A stretch of 63,200 nucleotides of DNA, the filler included, from Choristocarpus tenellus KU-1152 (Eukaryota; Protista; Phaeophyceae): NCBI GenBank assembly GCA_964200185.2. It is 9 parts of 9 records of this genome, joined end to end, with 100 filler letters (N's around TTAATTAATTAA, not from the genome) between each part and the next. Parts side by side here need not be neighbours in the genome. Positions count along the whole stretch, not along the records: positions 37,223 to 44,248 come from CAXNAD020006830.1; positions 44,349 to 52,129 come from CAXNAD020005586.1; 7 more parts are not named here. One strand, written 5' to 3'. A program made the translations under genes and the position numbers. Below the pieces are notes generated by a model. It was given only the letters and a program-made list of their open reading frames with translations. It did no database searches and had not been told where the DNA came from. Shown piece after piece: positions 37,842-51,800 of the stretch; the first letter of the stretch is position 1, and the number at the start of each line of letters is the position of its first letter.

Positions 37842-39603
37842 TTAGTAGTATGGAGACTGACCTGAAGAACTTGCTGTCTGGACGGGGGCCACAGGAAGGT
37901 CATTGGAGACCTGGTCGACTTGGAGACTGTCATTGATCGCCTACGCTGGTGGAAAGGGTTTGTACGAGATTACGACGAGGGACTACGAGATTACTGAAAC
38001 ACCCACCACCATCTTGGGAGAGGTAGTGCGTACGGCACATGCCACACACACGAAGAATAACAAGGCGTTATGGTTCCTTCTTCTACAAACTACGAAGGGG
38101 TCCGCATCGACAATTGTGGCAAAATACGAAAATGGGGGTCAACCGGACGGCAGAGGAGCTTGGTTAGAATTAGAACGAGTCTACGGTGGACACGCAGAGG
38201 ATGAGATCCCAGTACAAGTCATCACGTTGGAGGCAAAACTCCGAGAATTACGGTGCGCGGCGTCTCAGGACAGCACTGATTTTGTCGTTAAACTCGAACG
38301 ACTATTTTCGGAATTCGAGGAGCTCAAGGAGCCCAAACCTGAAAACATGAAGAGGGCATCTATACTGCTTGGGATCAAGGAAGCGAGTGCTATGTTCACC
38401 AGGACAAGCAGCAGCAGAGAGTCGGTTCAAAGTTTCACCCATACGCCAAGCAGGGTATAATCACGGGACACGACCGTACATCACTGTGTTGGTACATCTG
38501 ACTTCCTCAAGAGACCAAGTTGGTAACCTCAGCCCACGTGACACTCAAGCCAGACGAACACATCATGAACTTCGTGAAGAAGAGAGAGACCATGACTTTG
38601 ACAGATGAGATTTCTGATACTGAAGACGACTCTGATCGGGATTTCGATATTGCAGTTGATCCGATATCACAAACAACAGCCGTGAGCAAGAACTCGACAA
38701 GTTCACCTGGTGGACAACAGAGGTCAGCCAGGATAGCTGAACAACCCAGGGTGGACTACAGAGGTTTACACTCTGGAGATACAGAAGAACTGGGAGAGAA
38801 TATAGTGAATCTGCTCAGAACAAGCACGGATGATGCATACTGTTTGAAGGGCATGGCAGGTGACATCTCAATAGGCCACCAGGAGCCATCAACCGTCGCA
38901 GAAGCCCTCGCAGGCCCTGATGCAGAACACTGGAAAGAGGCAATGGAGCAAGAAATGGAGGACCAACGAAGCAAAGGAACCTTCCATGAGGGGGAGAGTC
39001 TGCCACTAGGGAGGAGACCTGTCAAAACAAGATTTATATTTAAAATCAAAAGGACAGCCCATGGAGACATCGAAAGATTTAAGGCCAGGCTGGTGGTACA
39101 GGGTTTTTCCCAACAAGTTGGGGTGGACTACTTCAGCATATTCAGTCCAGTGGTGGGATTTGACGTGATTCGGGCAGTCCTGGCTACCGCAGCTAACAGA
39201 AACTGGGTCATCAACTCCCTAGACTTCACTCAAGCATACCTGAACGCACCACTCCCTGAAGATGTATGGCTACAACTGCCCAATGGATCCATCGTAAAAG
39301 CTGCCAGAGCCATCTATGGCCTTAAGCAATCAGCAATGGAGTGGTACAAGGAGCTAAAGGGAACAATCTTAGCTGAGGGGTGGAGTGCTAGCGACTTTGA
39401 TGCCTGCCTGTATGTGAAAAGGAGTGAAGATGGAAGGATCGCGTTCCTTTGTCACTACGTGGATGACATCTCGTTGACTGGAAACTTCCACGAGGAAATA
39501 AAGAGGATGAAGAGCAATCCGCTTACCAAGTACGAAGGATGGGACCTTGGGACCCCAGACAAGTTAGTTGGGGTGGCAATCAACCGGGATGAGACTAGCA
39601 TCA

Positions 39604-39861
39604 GAGCGAAAGTATCTTAGAGGGTAGAGCCGCGTCCATTTGGGGACCACAATCCAATGTTGTGATTTTGATGTAATTTTGGTTATCGCGTTTGTTAGGA
39701 AGTGTCAATATCCTTGTTCCAGACACACCATTTCATAACATATACATGTTACCTACTCCAAAATATTTTCGATTAAGAAAAATGTCATGAAAAAACACGG
39801 GAAGTCAAGACCCAAACGGACAAAAAGGGAAAAACTCGTACCCTCTAAGATACTTTCACTC
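39604..39861. mobile_element. MITE family A in Copia RT, TSD ATCA
   Basis: ATCA at 39600-39603 and 39862-39865; empty site (single ATCA) in the sister Copia at ~50150. Confidence 0.96.
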
Positions 39862-40728
39862 ATCACACTAGATCAACATTTCTATGCAGAGAGCATTGTT
39901 CGCGAAGGAATGGGATCTACAGAAGTACGGAGTACCTCATCACCTTTAAACCCAGGAGTGGACCTGACCGCAAGAAGAACTGATGAGGAGGAGCTGGACC
40001 AGAGGTACAAACCTTACCGCACCATCCTGGGGAAGCTTATGTTCCTAGCTGGGATGACACGACCAGACCTATCAAGCAGTGTGCGGGAACTGGGAAGATA
40101 TGCAGCATCTCCATGCAATCGACACTGGAAAGGGCTGCAACATGTTCTACGATACCTAGCGGGCACCATGTAAGTAGGGGTACACTATCCTGCTGGTGGT
40201 GAAATGGACAATGGGGGCCTGGTCGGGTATGGAGACTCAGACTAGGGCAATGACACTGTTTCAAGACGAAGCGTGACGGGATACCTAATCCTATTGAATG
40301 AGGCACCAATTGCATGGAAATCCAAAATGCAAGGAGCTGTAACCACATCTTCATCAGAAGCGGAATGGACAGCGATGGTACATGGAACGAGGCATGCAAT
40401 ATTCCTCAGAGGCATCCTGGGGGAGCTGGGCATACTCCGAGGGGTCACGACTTGTTATGGAGACAATCGAAGTGCAATTCAAGCACCAATAACTGAAGGT
40501 TTCAATGGACGGACGAGGCATGTCGACATTAAACTAAATGCACCAGGGAGTATGTTAGCAAAGGGTTTTTTACAGCAAAATATATTCCCATGGCACTCCA
40601 ACTTGCAGACAACTTGACCAAAAGATTACATAAGAAGAAGGTAGAAAGAAGACTTTGTAGACACTGTGTTGACTAGATGAATGTCGTGTGTTAAAGTTGA
40701 AGTAATCTGCGTTCTTTTACTGCATTGA

Positions 40729-40989
40729 GAGCCAAAGTATCTTAGAGGGTAGAGCTGAGTCCATTTGGGGGCCAAAATCCAATTTTGCAGTTTCTATGTA
40801 ATTTCGGCTATTGCGTTTGTTAGGAAGTGTCAATATCCATGTTTCGAACACACCTTTTCATAACATATACACTTTACCTGCTCCTGAACATTTTGGAGTA
40901 GGAAAATGTCATAAAAGAGAACCCATGAGAAGCCAAGCCCCAAATGGACAAACAGGGCAAAACCCGTACCCTCTAAGATACTTTCACTC
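40729..40989. mobile_element. MITE family A in Copia 3' UTR, TSD TTGA
   Basis: TTGA at 40725-40728 and 40990-40993. Confidence 0.95.
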
Positions 40990-41059
40990 TTGACAGAATA
41001 AAACATTTTAGGTTTGAGAGTTCCAGCAACCCTTCATTGCCTGCATTCTCATCGGGGAG

Positions 41060-41372
41060 TGTGCAAATAGGACAATAGTGAGGTGTACCTTATTTTGTGT
41101 ATGAGAGATGTAACTAATTAGATAGTACATCCCGGATTATGAATGGGATTAGGTATAGGTTATTATTCTGCATTCAACTACTTTGACATAACCGTTGACT
41201 TAAGAAGGAAGCACAAATAATAATAAAACAAGCAATGAGAAGACACACCACAAAGGTTACTCTTCTAATTCCACCCATTCTTTCACGTTCAGCAAAGGGG
41301 GTCGTGTGAGGCTTCACACCTTCTCGTCTTCACTACTGATAAATAGCATTACCTCCCAAGGTAAATTGCACA
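41060..41372 (+). repeat. Copia 3' LTR
   Basis: Preceded by PPT GGGGAG, followed by TSD ATACA. Confidence 0.95.
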
Positions 41373-43399
41373 ATACATACAGTAGGGTATAAATAACTGG
41401 AGTGACATTTTCGTACGATAAATATAATAAATGGACAATTGGATTGAACGAAGACCAAGGACGATGTCAAAAACAAAATACTTCAAAGTACCAACACTCT
41501 CTTCAACCTTACCTCTCATCAATATATCATATTTCTGATATTATTGTGGTAGGTATGGTAGTGACTTTGACATCACAATTGGTTCCACCAACTCTTCCTT
41601 CCCCCCCTTCAAGATATTTGTTCCTGTACACGATCTTGTCCTATATTATTGGAAACTGGAAACCCCTACTCTCGCAGCTGTATCGTGGCTCATGACTCCA
41701 TTCTCCACTAAATTTGTCCGGAACATGCCGAGCAGAATGGACGCGCTACATCTAGGGCTAACAAGTTCACCACGCAAATAACCCAAACAAACTTATAATA
41801 TTTCAAAATATATCGAGTTGCTGTGTGTGTCCGATCACTGGAACAGGAATGTATCTGGTCGTCTTTTCCCTATAAAAAAAAGTTATGTATTACACCTTAC
41901 TTATCGGATATTATTCGGTATCCTATTTGATGTGATCTACTAAAGTACATAAGAGTACATGCCACCTGGAGATTTTTGCCACGTGTGGTACATTAGCATG
42001 TGATCTGAAAAAATCATCAAGTAGTGTCCACAATTATATCATTAGTTCTCCTTGACAACACATCTAATATATACACAATTTAGAATCTTCCGTTGATCAT
42101 CCTGCAATGAACTCAATCGTGTCAATGTTCCTACAAATAATAATAGCAGCACCAAGTTAGTGGGTAGAGCAAATATCAATAAAAATATAGTTTATATGAA
42201 TACAATGAGCCAGTAGGATGCGTTCATCCTGCATCCTCTCTTACATACCCTCTCATGCATGGCATGAATCGACGACAACGTGTTTGTATGGCTCGGCAGG
42301 TACCTAATTCTCTACTAGGGCAGCGAATTTTTATTTCATCGCTCTGAGTCTAACTTCTATCAATACTTTGGCATTGTGATGAGTGAAAATGAGTACCCAG
42401 TGTAAGATACACACTATATTGGAAGGCAGATCCAGGGTCGCGGTCCCAGGTAGTTCCTCCTTGGTGGTTGGGTTTGCTTGCATTATGTTTGAGTCATAGA
42501 CCGGGTTACTCAGTTGACTCAACTTTCAGTTTGGTTTGCTTTTTTGAGCCTGAATTATTTTTGAGACGCGGTCGCAGCTGCACCTGCCCTGAGTCTGGGG
42601 TTTCACTGTTCTTTGGATGGCACCATCGGAATCAAAGCAAAAATACACCAGAAGTCATATACAGCCAACAAATGCGAATCCTTGTGTGCACAATAGGTGT
42701 GGTTTGTGTGTATGGCATCGCAAGTCAGAAGGACAGTCCCGGTTGAAGGCCTATTGCTTAGAATGCAGAACCTGCTCATCCTAGTTGATACTTCGAAGAA
42801 CTGATGAACAAATGGTGAAGCCGATCTATTGCACAGGGGTGGTTGGGGGCCTCTCTTTCGGGTGCTTGGAAGGAGGACAAAAAACCAAATTGGCTGTGAC
42901 TGGGATCAAAGCCAATGGGATGATGCCTAGCTACCCTAATACTTTGATTTCGATTGCTCTTCAAGGTCCACTAACTACATTTGCACCTTCTCCTTGCTCG
43001 TACAATCCCTCCGAGTCTGTCATCACTAAAATGTGTGACTTTGGCTGCATTGCTTAATTTTTTTTGGTACTCATATACATCAGCTGCGCTAGACACCAAG
43101 TCATGGGACAAAACATCCTCATCTCCTACTTCGAAATAACTACATCTCCTTCATTTATTTGTTCCACCACCTATTACCCCATAATTGAATTTACCATAAC
43201 ACCAATTCCACAGCTGGTATACTTGTATAACAAAGCAGGAACATCAAGGATATAACTGTGAACAGTGCCTCCACCCGTTTTCAAGCTCTTCGTTTTTCCT
43301 TGTCATATCTGGCACATACAGACAGGGCAATCAGCTCTCACATGTAATATTTCTCCTATACGTCTACTTCTTGAGCACCTCAAAGCCAACGACCGGACA

Positions 43400-44160
43400 T
43401 ATTTTGTTGAAGTACCCACTACATAGGACATGCGGCTAGTGGAACCAGCTGCGACAGTTCCAATGGTGGTTCATGAAAATGTATCTTCCACGGGAATAAA
43501 ATCGATGGAAAAAAATAATATTTTCTTCAATGCTATTTCCACCTAAAACTAATCTCACACCACCATTTTGCAAAGTTACTAGCCCCACTTGTCCTATAGA
43601 CTGCATTATGTGTGCTGAAGGAAAATAACCCATTTGTGGATGTGCCCACCATTCTATGTCAACCCCTCATTGGGCCTTCACCCATGAGAGGGAGAAAACG
43701 GCCAGGGTTTCATAGCCTTTGGGAGGATGTTGAGTGATGATGACCACTTCATCTGCCAAAGACAAGGAAAGGAAGAAGGTAAATAATTCAGATGTTCAGA
43801 GAGGGCGGTGAATTTCAATGTTGTTGTGCATATGTGTGTGTGTAGTTGAGTATATTTATAGGACAGCATCACAAAAGTACCTGCAGAGATTTTGTGGGTA
43901 ATGTGATCTTGCAAGGGGTAACCAGAGTCTCTACACTTAAAGGGATTAGGGAGCAGAAGGGTGAGTCCAGTCTCCAGTGCATTGAATAGAACTTCGGTTT
44001 AGTTGGCGGTATGATAGTACCAAGAAGAAACCGTTGACATTTTGTGTGGAGTTCTTTGCATCGATTGAGGTTATTGCATAAGGTCATACTGCTCCGTCAA
44101 CTGCCAATTTCCAAGTTGGAGGGAGACGGAAATTTCCGGATTAGTTTTGTCTGGGCAGCC
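43400..44160 (-). pseudogene. Decayed spliced gene fragment, unknown family
   Basis: Exon-like blocks joined by a GT-AG intron with pyrimidine tract (...HITHKISA|DEVVIITQHPPKGYETLAVFSLSWVKAQ*) carrying in-frame stops. Confidence 0.3.
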
Positions 44161-44167
44161 TGTGAAA

Positions 44168-44248
44168 GGCTCGAAGTATCTGGGGGTGGTGGGGGGGGTC
44201 TACATCAGGGTGTCCATCCGGACACTGGCCAGAGAATTGCACTTACAT
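44168..44248. mobile_element. MITE family B left part (cut by spacer)
   Basis: GGCTCGAAGTATCTGGGGG...CAGGGTGTCCATC matches the 28641 copy. Confidence 0.8.
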
Positions 44249-44348
44249 NNNNNNNNNNNNNNNNNNNNNNNNNNNNNNNNNNNNNNNNNNNNTTAATTAA
44301 TTAANNNNNNNNNNNNNNNNNNNNNNNNNNNNNNNNNNNNNNNNNNNN

Positions 44349-47300
44349 GAACCATCGTCCATAACACCAGAAGAGGAGGTGCAAGGTCACGAGTCTGCGG
44401 AAGACATGGAGTCTTCAACCAATATCGACTCTGAATCGTCTAGTGTCAACTCTACTTCGTCCAGTAACATAACACTTGCTGAATGTAGACGAGGTTCCCC
44501 CCCTTCCCCTCTTACAGATCGTCAGGCTCATGCAAGACCTGTGTCGTCGACCTTTGAGCATCATGTTTCAGGAAGAACCAGTCCCGCCTCCATGTTCTAC
44601 TACTTGTGAGGTGGCCATTTCGCAGGCCAAGTTCGGTGATGCTGTGCCAGCATTCATCACGCACCACGTCAATGAGTGCGCAAGAACGAACAGTGTGCCT
44701 CCTCCTGAATGGCTTCAGGACCTGCTCAAACTCCAAGTTCGGGGAATGGTCATTGATCACGTAAGATCCGTTGAACAAAGTAGCGACGTCGCACACACAA
44801 AACCGCTGTCAGAAGGGAGTTGTTTCAAGTTTTCCGCTTTGGAAATACAATCTGGTCTGACAATTACAGGTTCTGGAGAAGAAAATTTGCCATTCCTGAT
44901 CTATAAATAGCACGTGGCAGTATCCTTGCAATCTAGTCAGTATGGTCCCGCATTTCCTGAGACAATTAATGCTCGTGATGTAGAATTCTTCAAGGACCAG
45001 CTGAAACTTTTAAGTTTCAGGCGTTGGCGGGTACGGTAGAGTGGCGTCCAACAAGTGATTTGGCTCGATTGCAATCGTCTCTTGACACCCCTGTCCATAT
45101 TACACCTCCAAAGACTTGGGATGATGCCCAGAAAGCCTTGATCTCCACATTTACCCCCACCCATGCTGTTAGTATATCAACCCGTAGGCTAACGTCCTTG
45201 AAACAGGGGTAGAACAAGTTGGTCGACAAGTAGACTTTACGTTGCACAACAGCAATGAATCGTTTTTTAGATGATGTTCATCGTACAACATCGTCCTCAG
45301 ATTCAGTCGACACAAAAACTTTACTTGTCGAGCAACTGAAAATAACCCTGATGGAAGATGGCTTACTCTCTGCGATTCGTCTTGAGCAGATTCGGGACGA
45401 TCTTGCCACCACATTTGCCCAAGCTCGTGACCATGCCAAGCGGCATGAAGCTAACAATATGTCTGGTAATAATCCCACCCCCACAACAACTTACACTAGC
45501 GCTGTGACCCATAAACCTTGTCGTGGACAGGTCCCTCGGACAGAATTCGTGCAGTTACAATGCGAATGCCAACGGCTATGTACGGAGGTGGAACGTCACC
45601 GAGCGGGAGAAGCACCCCTCAAAGGGTCCCAGCTCGGCCGTTGACGAATACACCTTCCACAGCCAGTGCCACTGACAATACCTCGCGACCCCAAGACCTG
45701 GCACTCTAAGCAGAGTCACCGTCCACACTCCAGTACACCATGGATCAGCATCTAAGTAGTGTGTGCCGGTACCCCGGTTGCCAGGCAGCAACTCGTGAGG
45801 GTCACACAACCCAGTCGTGCCTGGACAATTCGAGGGGTGCTCGTTTGCCACACTTGCGTTGTAGAGGCAGGGGTCGTGGGGGTCGTGTTCGTGACGATAG
45901 AAAATCAATACCGGGCTATTATGGTCCTCGTCCCTAGGGGTGCCCAGGTGGATTTGACTCCTGTCCACTTGGGAACAGTCATGGTGTTGTTGACACCATC
46001 GTAGGGAGTGGCAAGCATCAGAGGTTGACACCAGTCAGACATCTGGCTCCACAGGCATCATTTATTGCCTGCACGCGTGTCACTAAGCATTTTTCTTTGC
46101 CATTAGTTCAACCAAACTCGTGTAATAATAATGAAACTTGGTTCAACAGTTCTTTGTGCAGATACCCATCCATGCCCAAACCCTTATCGTTTTCATCACA
46201 ATGGGTTCGTGCATTTGGCATTGTTGAAGAACAAGAAGAAAATGACTTGACTATTGACACAGCTAGTGATGTACCATGTATTTCAGAAATATTTGTTCAC
46301 AATCACCCTCAACTGAAACATTTTGATGTGCATCCTGTCCCACCTGGTGCAATAAATCTACGTACAGCAAACGGTTCACCATTGTGTATCCGTGGATTTA
46401 TTCGTTTTGCACTTACACTTGGTGACACCACATTGCCAGTTGAAGCTTTATTGATTCCCCAACTTGGTTCCGATAAAATTCTGCTTTATAATAGGTTTAT
46501 GCAGGCATTCGGTGCAATCCTTGACTGGGAAAAACAAAGTCTTTCATTCCACAACAGCTCATGTACCATTTCAGCAAGACATCACATGACAAGGAGCCCC
46601 ACTCAAGTACGTGATACAAGTACCACGCCTTGGTGCTCTGTGGTGAGTGTGCAACATGATTTTGACCCTGTACCCGTTCGTGTACATAAACAGTATAACA
46701 TACCACCTCATCATGAAATCATCGTACGTTGCACAACTGATACTAGCCCGTCGTTGGATACTGCCGTGGTAGTGGAGCCAGTCATACACTCCATGCCTGC
46801 TGTAGATCAAACCACTGATCCTACACATCCATGGAATCGTATTGTAGCTGCTTGCACTCTCAGTACTTGGTCAGCAAGTAATAGATCAGTATTGGTTCAA
46901 ATGGCAAATCCAACAACACGGAAAGTACGTATCAAGAAGGATCTTGTGATAGGTCACTTAACCCCTATTTCAGATCAGATACTAATCACTGTTAGTGCTC
47001 TAAATATTGATTCTGCTCCATTCAGTAAAGCTAGAAAGGAGTTACATCAAGCCTTCAATAAGACAAATGCATTCAAATATACCACATTCAATCAGTCACA
47101 AGTGTCTCAACTTTTAGACCTCTGTGCTCGTTATAGATCGGTAATTTCGTTGAATGTAGCAGAACTAGGCAGATGTACCTTAGCTGAAGCAGAAATTCCT
47201 AGTGAGCCTGGTATCAAACCTGTTGACAGAACCCTTACAGAGCAAACCCCCGTACTCAACAAGTAATTGACTCATGTGTTAATACTATGGAAGAGCAAGG

Positions 47301-48826
47301 CATTATCGAAGAACGTGCCAGCCCTTGGGGTAGTCCTGCTACTATTGTGGCCAAATCTGATGGCTCCCCACCATTCTGTGTGGACTATAGGTCAACTGTT
47401 AACAAAAACCTTGTTAGACAGACTTGGTCTATGCCTGATATGGAGCCTCATATTGATACTGTTGGGGGTGCAAAATTTATCACCGTTTGTGATATTCAGA
47501 GTGCATATTGGCAGAATCCTGTTGCTGAGGATGACATTGATAAAACAGCTTTTGTCACGTCCAGAGGCAAATACGTTTTTAAGAGGATGCCCTTTGGGAT
47601 ATCAAATGCTCCTTGGCAATTTCAAAGAATCATGTCCTTAGCCTTGCAAATTTTGGTTCAATGAGTGGGTTGCTGGTTTACATGGATGACCTGATTGCTT
47701 GTTCTCCCACATGGGAGGACATATACACTTACTAGAACAGCAATTCAAGGCTTTTACAAGCAGCAGGTTTAACCTTGAAACCGTCAAAGGTCCAATTTGG
47801 ACCTAAAGAAGTATGCTACCTGGGTCACATTTTATCGTCTGAAGGAATTCGTATCGGCGAAGATCGTGTTCATGCAATCACTGAATTACCCAAACCCATC
47901 ACCATCAAAGAACTTCGATCTGTCCTAGGTATGGTTAATTTTTTGCGTAAATTCATTCCCAACTTAGCCACAGTAATCGAACCGATAGTTCATCTAACAA
48001 AAAAAGGTGTCAGTAAGAGAGTGGATAAAGAATAGGGATTGGACCAGGCTGTGGCTTTTTTAAAAGTAAAACAATTACTCACTGTTGCCCCGGTTCTCGT
48101 ATTCCCTGACTTTACCAAAGAATTAATCCTCCACGTTGGTGCCAGTGAGAGTGGTGCTGGAGGTTTTTTAGCACAACCTCGATCCGATAATCCTACAGAC
48201 CTAGGTATCATTGCATACTCAGCAAGAAATTTAATGAAGCTCAACGTCACAATTCAGCTACATTAAGAGAGTGTTATGCAGTTGTTACAGCTATCACTCA
48301 TTGGCGACCGTATCTTTGGGGTAGACACTTTACCTGCATCACAGATCATACCGCATTGTGTTGCTTATATAGAATGCAGGATACCAGTAACATGCTTGCT
48401 CGTTGGGCTATTGCTCTTCAAGCTTATGATTTCACAGTCAAACGCAAGCCCGGTAAGCTCAATGTTACACCTGATACTCTATCTCGTATTTTCAGGTCTG
48501 AGGAACAGGAGAAATCCGTTGCTCCAATACTGGCACCAATCTGTCGTAATGTACCTGAAGGTAGTCGTGCATTTACCACACGTGTTCAAAAGGAATATGA
48601 GTTATCTGCTTCTAACCTTGACCAAGCAACGCCCGTCCGAAGTAATCGTGAACTATTTACTAGTTCCACTACTGTGTTTCCTGCAGTGGACCCGGAGCAA
48701 TTGCACAAGGAGCAGGAATCCGAGTTCGTACCATATTTCAGGTATTTTCAGTCCCCCAACGTCGCCCCACCGCCTGATAAGGAATCAACGACGTCTATGT
48801 CGTATTTTTTCCTTCGTAATGGCATA
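44349..48826 (+). mobile_element. Ty3/Gypsy LTR retrotransposon internal region (gag-PR-RT-RH), degenerate; interrupted by Copia before the integrase
   Basis: Cys/His knuckle-like CRYPGC...HTTQSC, protease LTIDTAS, RT SPWGSP / FCVDYR / RMPFGISNAP / YMDD (~47677), RNase H and LARWAIALQAYDF..KPGKLN..DTLSR; multiple frameshifts and stops. Confidence 0.93.
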
Positions 48827-51800
48827 TGTGCAAATTACCTTTGGAGGCAATGCTATTTATCAGTAGTGAAGATAAGAAGGTGTGAAGCCTCACACGACCC
48901 CCTTTGCTGAACGTGAAAAGAATGGATGAAATTAGAAGAGTGACCTTTGCAGGGTGTCTTCTTATTGCTTGTATATTATTATTTGTGCTTCCTACCTAAG
49001 TCAACGGTTATGTCAAAGTAGTTGAATGCGGAACAAATACCAATGNNNNNNNNNNTACATGGACTCAATTCAACACAATAATCTCATCTACAAAAAATAA
49101 GGTACACTTCACCATTGTCCTATTTTGCACACTCCCCCATGAGAGTGCAGGCAATGAAAGAGTTGCTGGAAAACTCTCAAACCTAAAACATATTATTATG
49201 TACACTCCCAATTCTGCACACTTCCCATGAAAATGGAAGTAAAAGACGTCAGATTGTTTCAATTCTCTCACACATCACATTTATCTTGTTTAACGCACTA
49301 AAAGAATGCAGATTACTTCAAGTTTAACACACGACATTCATCTAGTCAATACAGTGTCTACAAAGTCTTCTACCTGCTTCTTGCGTAATCGTTTGGTCAA
49401 GATATCTGCAAGTTGGAGTGTCGTAGAAATATACTTCACTCTAAAAAATCCTTTATTGACATATTCCCTGGTGCATTTCAGCTTGATGTCAACATGCCTT
49501 GTTCTTCCGTTAAAGCCTTCAGTTACTGCTGCTTGGATCGCACCTCGGTTATCTCCATACCAAACTGTGACCCCTTTGAGTATGCCTAGCTCCCCCAGGA
49601 TGCCTCTGAGGAATATTGCATGCCTCATTCCATGCACCATCGTTGTCCGTTCCACCTCTGATAAAGATGTGGCTACAGCTCCCTGCATCTTGGATTTCCA
49701 TGCAACAGGTGCTCCATTGATGAATATCAGATACCCTGTCACGCTCCGCCTTGATGCAGTGTCATTGCCCCAGTCTGAGTCTCCATACCCGACCAGGCTC
49801 CCGTTGTCCATTTCACCACCAGCAGGATAGTGTATCCCTACTTTCGTGGTGCCCACCAGGTATCACAGAACATGTTGTAGTCCATTCCAGTGTCGATCGC
49901 ATGGAGATGTTGCATATCTTCCCAGTTCTCGCACACTGTTGGATAGGTCCGGTCGTGTCATCCCGGCTAGGAACATAAGTTTCCCCAGGATGGTGTGGTA
50001 AGGTTTGTACCTCTGGTCCAGCTCCTCCTCGTCAGTTCTTCTTGCGGTCAGGTCCATTCCTGGGTTTAGAGGTGATGAGGTACTCCGTACTTCTGTGGAT
50101 CCCATTCCTTCGTGAACAATGCTCTCTGCATAGAATGTTGGTCTAGTGTGATGCCAGCCTCGTCCCTGGTGATTGCCACCCCAACTAACTTGTCTGGGGT
50201 CCCGAGGTCCCGTCATTCGTTCCTGGTAAGCAGATTGCTCTTCATCCTTTTTATTTCTTCGTGGAAGTTTCCAGTCAATGAGATGTCATCCACGTAGTGA
50301 AAAAGAACAGTAACCCTTCCATCTTCACTCCTTTTTACATATAAGCAGGTGTCAAAGTGGCTAACACTCCACCCCTCAGCTAAAATTGTTCCCTTTAGCT
50401 CCTTGTACCACTTCATTACTGATTGCTTAAGGCCATAGATGGCCCTGGCAGCTTTTACGATGGATCCATTGGGCAGTTGTAGCCATACATGTTCAGGAAG
50501 TGGTGCGTTCAGTTAGGCTTGAGTGAAGTCTAGGGAGTTGATGATCCAGTTTCTGTTAGCTGCTGTAGCCAGGACTGCTCGAATCACGTCAAATCCCACC
50601 ACTGGACTGAATGTGTTGAAGTAGTCCACCCCTTCTTGTTGGGAAAAGTCCCGTGCCACCAGCCTGGCCTCAAATCTTTCGATGTCTGCATTGGCTGTCC
50701 TTTTGATTTTGAATATAAATCTTGTCTTGACGGGTCTCCTCCCTGGTGGCAGACTCTCTCCCTCATGGAAGATTCCTTTGGTTGGTTGGCCGTCCATTTC
50801 TTGTTCCATTGCCCTCTTCCAGTGTTCTGCATCGGACCCTGCGAGGGCTTCTGTGATGGTTGATGGCTCCTGGTGGCCCATTGAGATGTCACCTGCCATG
50901 CCCATTAAACAGTATGCATCATCCATGCTTGATCTGAGCAGATTCAATATATTCTCTCCCAGTTCTTCTGTATCTCCAGGGTGTAAACCCCTGTAGTCCA
51001 CCCTGGGTTGTTCAGCTATCCTGGCTGACCTCCGTTGTCCACTAGGTGAACTTGTCGAGTTCTTGCCCCCAGCCATTGCTTGGGGTATCGGATCGACTGC
51101 AATATCGAAATTACGATCAGAGTTGTCTTCAGTATCAGAAATTTCTTCATCATCCGTCGAAGTCATGGTCTCTCTCTCCCCCACGAAGTCCATGATGTGT
51201 TCGTCTGACTCGAACGTCACATGGGCTGAGGTTACCAACTTGGCCTCTTGAGGAAGCCAGATGTGCCAGCATAGTGATGTACGATCATGTCCCATTATTT
51301 TACCTCTCTTGGCGTATGGGTGAAACTTTGAGCTGGCCCCTCTCTGCTGCTAGTCCTGGTGAACACAGCACTCGCTCCCCCAGGTCCGAAGCCTATCATA
51401 GTTGAACGATTTTCCTGTTAGACGCTCGCATGGCGTCTCTCCTCTCAGGTATTCGTGTGGCATGCCTCCAGTCTTGGAGGCAACGTCCGTGATGGCAAAG
51501 AACCAATAATACTCGTCGCCCAGCCCAGCCTTTGCTAGTTGACTCCGTGCTGCCCCCATGAGTTGCTTTATCGCCCTTTCGGCGATTCCGTTGCTCTGCG
51601 ATGTTCTTGGTGGAGAGTTTCTCCATCGGGTATCGTTATACGCCAGCATCCTTTGGAACTTCACTGATCTCCCAAGCTCGCCAGCACCATCCCCACTGAT
51701 GTATTGGACTGGTATACCTTCCCTGGCCATCTGGTCAATATAAGCAGCGGCTGTGTCCGTCGCTGCGTTTTTCGTTTTCAATCTATACACCCTCTTGTCT

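Larger units (their letters stand above)
37522..41372 (+). mobile_element. Ty1/Copia LTR retrotransposon, internally deleted (no protease or integrase core), disrupted by two MITEs
   Basis: LTRs 37522-37830 and 41060-41372 (TG...CA); TSD ATACA both sides; PBS GGTTATGAGCC; PPT GGGGAG; gag (DGRGAWLELE), RT (FKARLVVQG, LDFTQAYLN, IYGLKQ, YVDD), RNase H (GYGDSD, SSEAE, GDNRSAI, RHVDIK). Confidence 0.96.

Noticed and set aside
10757-42810. Hammerhead ribozymes at CTGATGA sites (10757, 12553, 31396, 39980, 42801)
   Set aside because: No correctly placed GAAA with flanking stems.
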